A stretch of 64,000 bases of DNA, from IMG/VR virus record IMGVR_UViG_3300027759_000054; one strand, written 5' to 3'. The translations under genes and the position numbers were made by a program. This DNA comes from an uncultured virus (IMG/VR IMGVR_UViG_3300027759_000054). Its lineage: Duplodnaviria > Heunggongvirae > Uroviricota > Caudoviricetes. Under the pieces are notes generated by a model. It searched no databases. It had not been told where the DNA came from and worked only from the letters and a program-made list of their open reading frames with translations. This document shows, piece by piece, positions 59,453 to 64,000 of the stretch (position 1 is its first letter; every line of letters starts with the position of its first letter).

Positions 59453-60156
59453 ATTCTATTGCTATAATACAAACATACTATGACGATCCCAATTATTTAC
59501 AGCAAGCGATTAAAACTTGGAATACGTATGAAATTCCTATTTCCATTATCTTGATAGACGATGGATCTCCGCAGTATCCTGCGTCTGAGGTTTTGTCTCA
59601 ATTTACAATCTCAAATAATGTTAACGTTTCTCTATACAAAGTGACAGAAGATATTGGATTTAATAGTCATGGATGTAGAAATCTTGGCGCAGCAGTATCT
59701 AAATCTGACTGGTTGATTTTTTTAGACATTGATCATTTCCTGGATTCCGATCAGTTGAATGAAATATATAAAATGAAACTTTCTGAAGATTCTTGGTATG
59801 GGTTTACCACTATTCACAATGGACATAATTTGCTCATGGGTGGCGGCCCATCAAACACTTTTATGTGCACAAAAACAATGTATGAACAAGGTGGAGGATA
59901 TGATGAATCGTATACACCATATCATTATGGTGATAGGCAATTTTTGGCGATGATGAAATCTAAATTCGATTGGATTAAACTAGAAAATATTATAATTGAT
60001 TGTCGAAGAGCCGGAAGAAAAATGACAATCGATGCCAATATAATTAAACCAATATATGATAATAATACATGTTCAATAACACACCCTCCATATAATTTGG
60101 ACGCAGTAAAATTTCACGACAAACGATTGAATTTCAAATGGATACAATTATTATAA
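59449..60156 (+). CDS. GT2-family glycosyltransferase, paralog of the previous gene
   Basis: Same motifs (VTEDIGFNSHGCRNLG identical); LNFKW C-terminus. Confidence 0.85.
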   Translation: MNSIAIIQTYYDDPNYLQQAIKTWNTYEIPISIILIDDGSPQYPASEVLSQFTISNNVNVSLYKVTEDIGFNSHGCRNLGAAVSKSDWLIFLDIDHFLDSDQLNEIYKMKLSEDSWYGFTTIHNGHNLLMGGGPSNTFMCTKTMYEQGGGYDESYTPYHYGDRQFLAMMKSKFDWIKLENIIIDCRRAGRKMTIDANIIKPIYDNNTCSITHPPYNLDAVKFHDKRLNFKWIQLL

Positions 60157-60159
60157 ATA
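60152..60159 (+). promoter_or_regulatory. Late promoter
   Basis: TATAAATA upstream of 60186. Confidence 0.8.
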
Positions 60160-60185
60160 GGGGGTAACATTTTATTAGGATCCCT

Positions 60186-61301
60186 ATGCAGAGTTTCTTA
60201 TCATTCCTTTCCGAAGCAGCAATTCTTCACATTGAGCATCCATCCGATAGATTATTCGATGGACCACAAGCAGCAAAACATGCACTTAAAACACTGAAGC
60301 AGGTTTCTGCCAGTAAAGCACCATCCATGACTCGTAAGATTGATGACAAAATGTCATTCAATGTTATTCGCGCAGCAGATGGCAAAGTTGGTGTTAAGTA
60401 TAAGGGAACAGGAAGCAAATACAATTTCTCTGAAAAAGATATTGAAGACCAACATAGTCATAAACAATATCTTGCGCACCCACTAAAACTTCTCCTACAA
60501 CATCTTCCAAAAGTTATTCCGCATACTCCAGGTGAGTATCAAGGCGGATACATGTCAGACCGTGAATCTAGGGAGCATGAAAATGGAAAGATTTCTCATA
60601 CACCAAACACAATTAAATATGAGACAGATGCTAATAGTCCTGAAGGCAAGGCGCTTGCTAAATCTAAAGTAAGTGCTGTCATTCACACTAAGATTACTCC
60701 AGCAGGGGCAAAACCTCTGACTAATCTTGATGGTTTCAATCATCATCCTGATGTTCATCTTGTTCAACACCTTGTGTCAAAAGATCAAGCGGTTATTCCA
60801 AAAGAACATAAGTCTAAAGCAGATAACCATCTGAAACAGGCAGAGCAGATGATGGCGTCGCATACTTATGACCATCATACTGGGCACGAGCGAACACTTC
60901 GTCAGTATATTAACTCAACGTTGTCAACCGATGATACACCTTCGACTCAGGGGTATAAAGGTTATCTTACGAAGTGGCATCAGAAAAAAATTGATGCAGT
61001 TAAAACTGACAAGACGAAGGTTACTAAAAAGAAGGTGTTGGATGATGCGATTGATCATGTTTCTAAACACCAAAAGCAATTCAACGACACCTTAGAAATC
61101 CATCACCACTTGCAACAGGCAACTAATCACCTTTCGAGAGGATTAGATTCTTCTGGTGCAGGTGGTTTCAGTACATCTATCGCAGGTGCTGCGGCAGGTG
61201 GCGAAGGTCATGTCTATAATGGATTGAAGGTTGTCGATCGCCAAGGATTCTCCGTAGCAAATCTCGCTCGCAGTGAAATGATCAAAGCGAGTAAAAAGTA
61301 A
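60186..61301 (+). CDS. DUF6267-like protein, putative ligase-fold nucleotidyltransferase, with capsid-targeting-like N-terminus
   Basis: MQSFLSFLSE; HIEHP.D; KIDD; YQG; GEGHV; KVVDR..FS..N. Confidence 0.65.
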   Translation: MQSFLSFLSEAAILHIEHPSDRLFDGPQAAKHALKTLKQVSASKAPSMTRKIDDKMSFNVIRAADGKVGVKYKGTGSKYNFSEKDIEDQHSHKQYLAHPLKLLLQHLPKVIPHTPGEYQGGYMSDRESREHENGKISHTPNTIKYETDANSPEGKALAKSKVSAVIHTKITPAGAKPLTNLDGFNHHPDVHLVQHLVSKDQAVIPKEHKSKADNHLKQAEQMMASHTYDHHTGHERTLRQYINSTLSTDDTPSTQGYKGYLTKWHQKKIDAVKTDKTKVTKKKVLDDAIDHVSKHQKQFNDTLEIHHHLQQATNHLSRGLDSSGAGGFSTSIAGAAAGGEGHVYNGLKVVDRQGFSVANLARSEMIKASKK

Positions 61302-61912
61302 TGAGCGAATCGCATCATCTGACAATAGGTAGATTCGCACCTGTTCATGCTGGACATGCCATGATGATCAATAAGGTCTTGGATGCAGCAAGATCTGATA
61401 ATGCAACTCATACTATTCTAACCACTGCTTCCCATGATGGTAATAAAAACCCTCTTACTCCAGAGCAAAAGATTAAGCATCTCAAAAGAGCATTTCCTTC
61501 TGCGAATATTGAAGCAATGAGCAAGGGTGCACCCACTATACTCCATCACTTGTCTAAATTGCACAGTCAAGGTGTGAAGAATATCGTTGTTCATGCTGGA
61601 TCTGATAGAGCACATGAATACCACACATTAATACACAAGTATAATGGTGTCGAATCTCGCCATGGGCATTACAATTTTGATTCGATAAAAGTAAAGACAG
61701 TAGGTGCAGTTAGAACTGATGCTGACGAAGGTGTTGCTGGTGCATCCGCAACTAAGATGCGTAACGCAGCGTCTTCAGGCGATGAAAAAACATTTCATTC
61801 GATGGCACCAAGTTCTATGTCAACTACTCATAAACGTGAGATGTATAAGGATGTTCGACGTGGTCTTGGTATTCAAGAGTCGATTTCATTCAAACAGTTT
61901 TTAGATATATAA
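61301..61912 (+). CDS. Cytidyltransferase-like (HxGH) nucleotidyltransferase
   Basis: GRFAPVHAGH; KNPL; GSDR; SATKMR. Confidence 0.88.
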   Translation: MSESHHLTIGRFAPVHAGHAMMINKVLDAARSDNATHTILTTASHDGNKNPLTPEQKIKHLKRAFPSANIEAMSKGAPTILHHLSKLHSQGVKNIVVHAGSDRAHEYHTLIHKYNGVESRHGHYNFDSIKVKTVGAVRTDADEGVAGASATKMRNAASSGDEKTFHSMAPSSMSTTHKREMYKDVRRGLGIQESISFKQFLDI

Positions 61913-61915
61913 ATA
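61908..61915 (+). promoter_or_regulatory. Late promoter
   Basis: TATAAATA upstream of the spanin and polyprotein genes. Confidence 0.8.
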
Positions 61916-61931
61916 TAGCAAGGAATTAAAT

Positions 61932-62444
61932 ATGTTCGGTATGATCCCATTACCATATAAGTTACTAGCAGGTGCTGCTTTAATACTTGGTGTGTTTGTA
62001 TATGGATACATGAAGGGATCTGCTTATGCTGATGCAGAACTGCAAAGATTTGCTGCTAAGAATGCAACATTAACTGCAGACATGGAAAAGAAAAACTCTG
62101 AGATCTCCACTGAAGTAGTGACTCAGTATGTTGATAGAACAAATACGATTAAGGAAAAAGAATATGTATATCGCGACATTGTCAAAGAAAGTGTTCCTAC
62201 TCAGCATGTTATGTCTAACGGTTGGGTGTTCACGCACGACATTAGTGCCACAAGCAGTGATGCCGACGCCACCCGCACTTCTGATGCGTCCCCCTCTGGA
62301 ATTACAGACACTACAGCCCTCCTCGCCATCATCGGAAACTACTCCAGATGCCAGCAAAATGCAGTCCAACTCACAGAACTCCAGCGCTGGATAAATGAGA
62401 ATAAAACTGCGATCGACGAATTAAATAAGAAAGCGAAAAAGTAA
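61932..62444 (+). CDS. Inner-membrane spanin (Rz-like)
   Basis: N-terminal TM helix, helical periplasmic part, C..NA.QL..LQ.W; contains an embedded lipoprotein gene. Confidence 0.8.
   Translation: MFGMIPLPYKLLAGAALILGVFVYGYMKGSAYADAELQRFAAKNATLTADMEKKNSEISTEVVTQYVDRTNTIKEKEYVYRDIVKESVPTQHVMSNGWVFTHDISATSSDADATRTSDASPSGITDTTALLAIIGNYSRCQQNAVQLTELQRWINENKTAIDELNKKAKK
62164..62394 (+). CDS. Outer-membrane spanin lipoprotein (Rz1-like), embedded in the +1 frame
   Basis: AAGGA RBS; KK, hydrophobic core and LTVGC lipobox; Pro-rich mature part (PTPPALLMRPP). Confidence 0.78.
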   Translation: MYIATLSKKVFLLSMLCLTVGCSRTTLVPQAVMPTPPALLMRPPLELQTLQPSSPSSETTPDASKMQSNSQNSSAG

Positions 62445-64000
62445 TGGCAGAAAAAAAGTATATCGGTAAACCAGGAAAACAAGACGATCCTTGCTGGAAA
62501 GGATATGAGATGGTAGGCATGAAGAAGAAGGGTGGACGTCAGGTTCCTAACTGTGTGCCCGAAGCAACCGATATTATTGCCAAAGCAAAGGCAGCAGTTG
62601 CAAAAAAAGCAGGTGCCAAACTAAAGATGGATCCAGATACTGGAACACCTGACCATTTCACTGCTGCTCAAAGACGCAAGAAGGGTCTTGATGAAGCAAA
62701 AAAAGAACACTATCCTAGAGAAGGATTCCCAGAAGAGGGTGACTATGGTTATCACCCAAATCCTGGTCTGAAACCACAGGAGAGCGATAGTGATGAAGAT
62801 ATGGATGTTGCATACAAGAAAGCAACCGAGAAAGAGGGTCGCAAACCATTGAATGCAAAGATTATTGAGGGTGTGACCAATCCAGAAATCAAGAAAGCAT
62901 ATGCTGATCTTATAAAAACTCCTAGTGGTTCTTCTGAACGTAAATCTGCCATCCGTCGTTACAAGAGTCTTCGTCAGAATGCTGTCAAAGAAGAAGTCGA
63001 AGGTAAGGTCTACTCTGTTCACGTCAAGGGTGATAGTAAGGATCACAACTCATCAGAGTTTAAAAAGCACCTAAAGGGTTGGGGCGGTGAATTACACTAC
63101 GCTTCTGATAAAGGCGCAGCGTATAAATTTAAGAAAGAGTATCAAGCGACTGGATTTCATCATGGTGTTAAATCTGGATTTAAAAGTCTTGATTCGGAAC
63201 ACGATGGTCAGGTCAAAGAAGAACTCGAAGAAGCATACGGCATGTGGAAGGTAGACTTCTCTAAGCAACATGCTGGTAAGGCAGTCGCTGCTGGTTCGGT
63301 TCACGTTAAGGCGCAGAACACTGCTCATGCTCACAAGGTTGCTGCTAAGAGAGTCGGTGTTGATCATAAGATGTTCAAGTCAACGGTTACCAAGTCAAGC
63401 ATTCTTCCAGAAGAAGCAGAACAACTTGACGAACTTTCTAAGAAGACCATCGCGTCGTATTCGGACAAAGCGTTCAAGTCTGATGTGCACCTGAATCGAG
63501 CACAAGACAGAAAGACATTGAAAAAGCAAACTAAACGCGAAAAAGGTATTAAGACTGCATATAATAAGTACTATGGTCGCAACGTAAAGGTCATGGCAAC
63601 TGAAGAACTCGGTAAGGACAACGAATGGGGAACTGATGCTCTCCGTAAGAAGTATGCTGCTATGACTCCTGGTCAAGAATCAATGGCAGCAGATAAGATC
63701 CCATCATTTGATCCACGTTACGACAATGTAACTACACAGTATTGTGGTGGCATCAGAGAAGGTTACTTGGCAGAGATCTCAGCAAGAGGTGCTGAAGCAC
63801 GTGCTAAGTTCCAAGCAAAAGTCAGACAAACACTGGCAGATCCTGCTAATATTAAAAGAGCAAAGAAAACTCTTGCGAAAAGAAAAGAAGCAGAAAAAGC
63901 AAAAGAACCAGCACATCTTGTAATGCAACTACGTAAAGCAGTAAGCATTGGTTCAAAGGTTCACTTCCAAGATGGCAGTCATCATGCTATTACGGGAAAT
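62444..64000 (+). CDS. Modular basic polyprotein, putative internal head protein precursor, 3'-truncated (absent from the ORF track)
   Basis: ATG overlaps the spanin TAA; open for 519 codons to the window end; Lys/His-rich modules separated by LDE/IIE/VKEEVE/LEE/LAE linkers. Confidence 0.85.
   Translation, partial: MAEKKYIGKPGKQDDPCWKGYEMVGMKKKGGRQVPNCVPEATDIIAKAKAAVAKKAGAKLKMDPDTGTPDHFTAAQRRKKGLDEAKKEHYPREGFPEEGDYGYHPNPGLKPQESDSDEDMDVAYKKATEKEGRKPLNAKIIEGVTNPEIKKAYADLIKTPSGSSERKSAIRRYKSLRQNAVKEEVEGKVYSVHVKGDSKDHNSSEFKKHLKGWGGELHYASDKGAAYKFKKEYQATGFHHGVKSGFKSLDSEHDGQVKEELEEAYGMWKVDFSKQHAGKAVAAGSVHVKAQNTAHAHKVAAKRVGVDHKMFKSTVTKSSILPEEAEQLDELSKKTIASYSDKAFKSDVHLNRAQDRKTLKKQTKREKGIKTAYNKYYGRNVKVMATEELGKDNEWGTDALRKKYAAMTPGQESMAADKIPSFDPRYDNVTTQYCGGIREGYLAEISARGAEARAKFQAKVRQTLADPANIKRAKKTLAKRKEAEKAKEPAHLVMQLRKAVSIGSKVHFQDGSHHAITGN

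Noticed and set aside
62621..63948. Short ORFs listed in the track at the window end
   Set aside because: Shadows or alternate frames of the long plus-strand ORF starting at 62444
1..64000. Stop-codon reassignment
   Set aside because: Core genes are intact under the standard code and end at TAA, TGA or TAG; no suppressor tRNA seen

Overview
64 kb from a large T4-like myophage of the cyanophage/pelagiphage/phiM12 style: sigma70-type early promoters without MotA boxes, gp55 late promoters TATAAATA. The host is Gram-negative (embedded spanin pair) and possibly alphaproteobacterial (inference). Gene order: end of a large virion structural gene; two paralogous Y/F-x-G-x repeat fibre proteins; a glycosyltransferase/methyltransferase/2OG-oxygenase island; a cluster of modular fibre genes; the neck-tail-head module (gp13-gp23, gp3); uvsY, uvsW, gp55, gp47, gp46; auxiliary genes (IscA, peptide deformylase, ClpP, HAD, VWA plus MoxR/CobS, LpxH-like, Hsp20, secreted nuclease); the replisome (gp45, gp44, gp62, regA, gp43, uvsX, gp41); tRNA-Arg(UCU); two GT2 genes; a ligase-like/cytidyltransferase pair; spanins; and an open-ended ORF missing from the ORF track. 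Most notable observations: (1) a putative prohead-protease-processed cargo system, made of a polyprotein of small basic modules joined by (L/I/V)-x-E linkers, a similar module inserted in the gp22 scaffold between 14-nt direct repeats, and enzymes with capsid-targeting-like peptides; (2) mirror-symmetric, sequon-rich fibre proteins next to a glycosylation island; (3) apparent RGCY avoidance; (4) a perfect orphan antisense promoter upstream of gp55. All family assignments come from motif recognition and synteny; no database searches were run.
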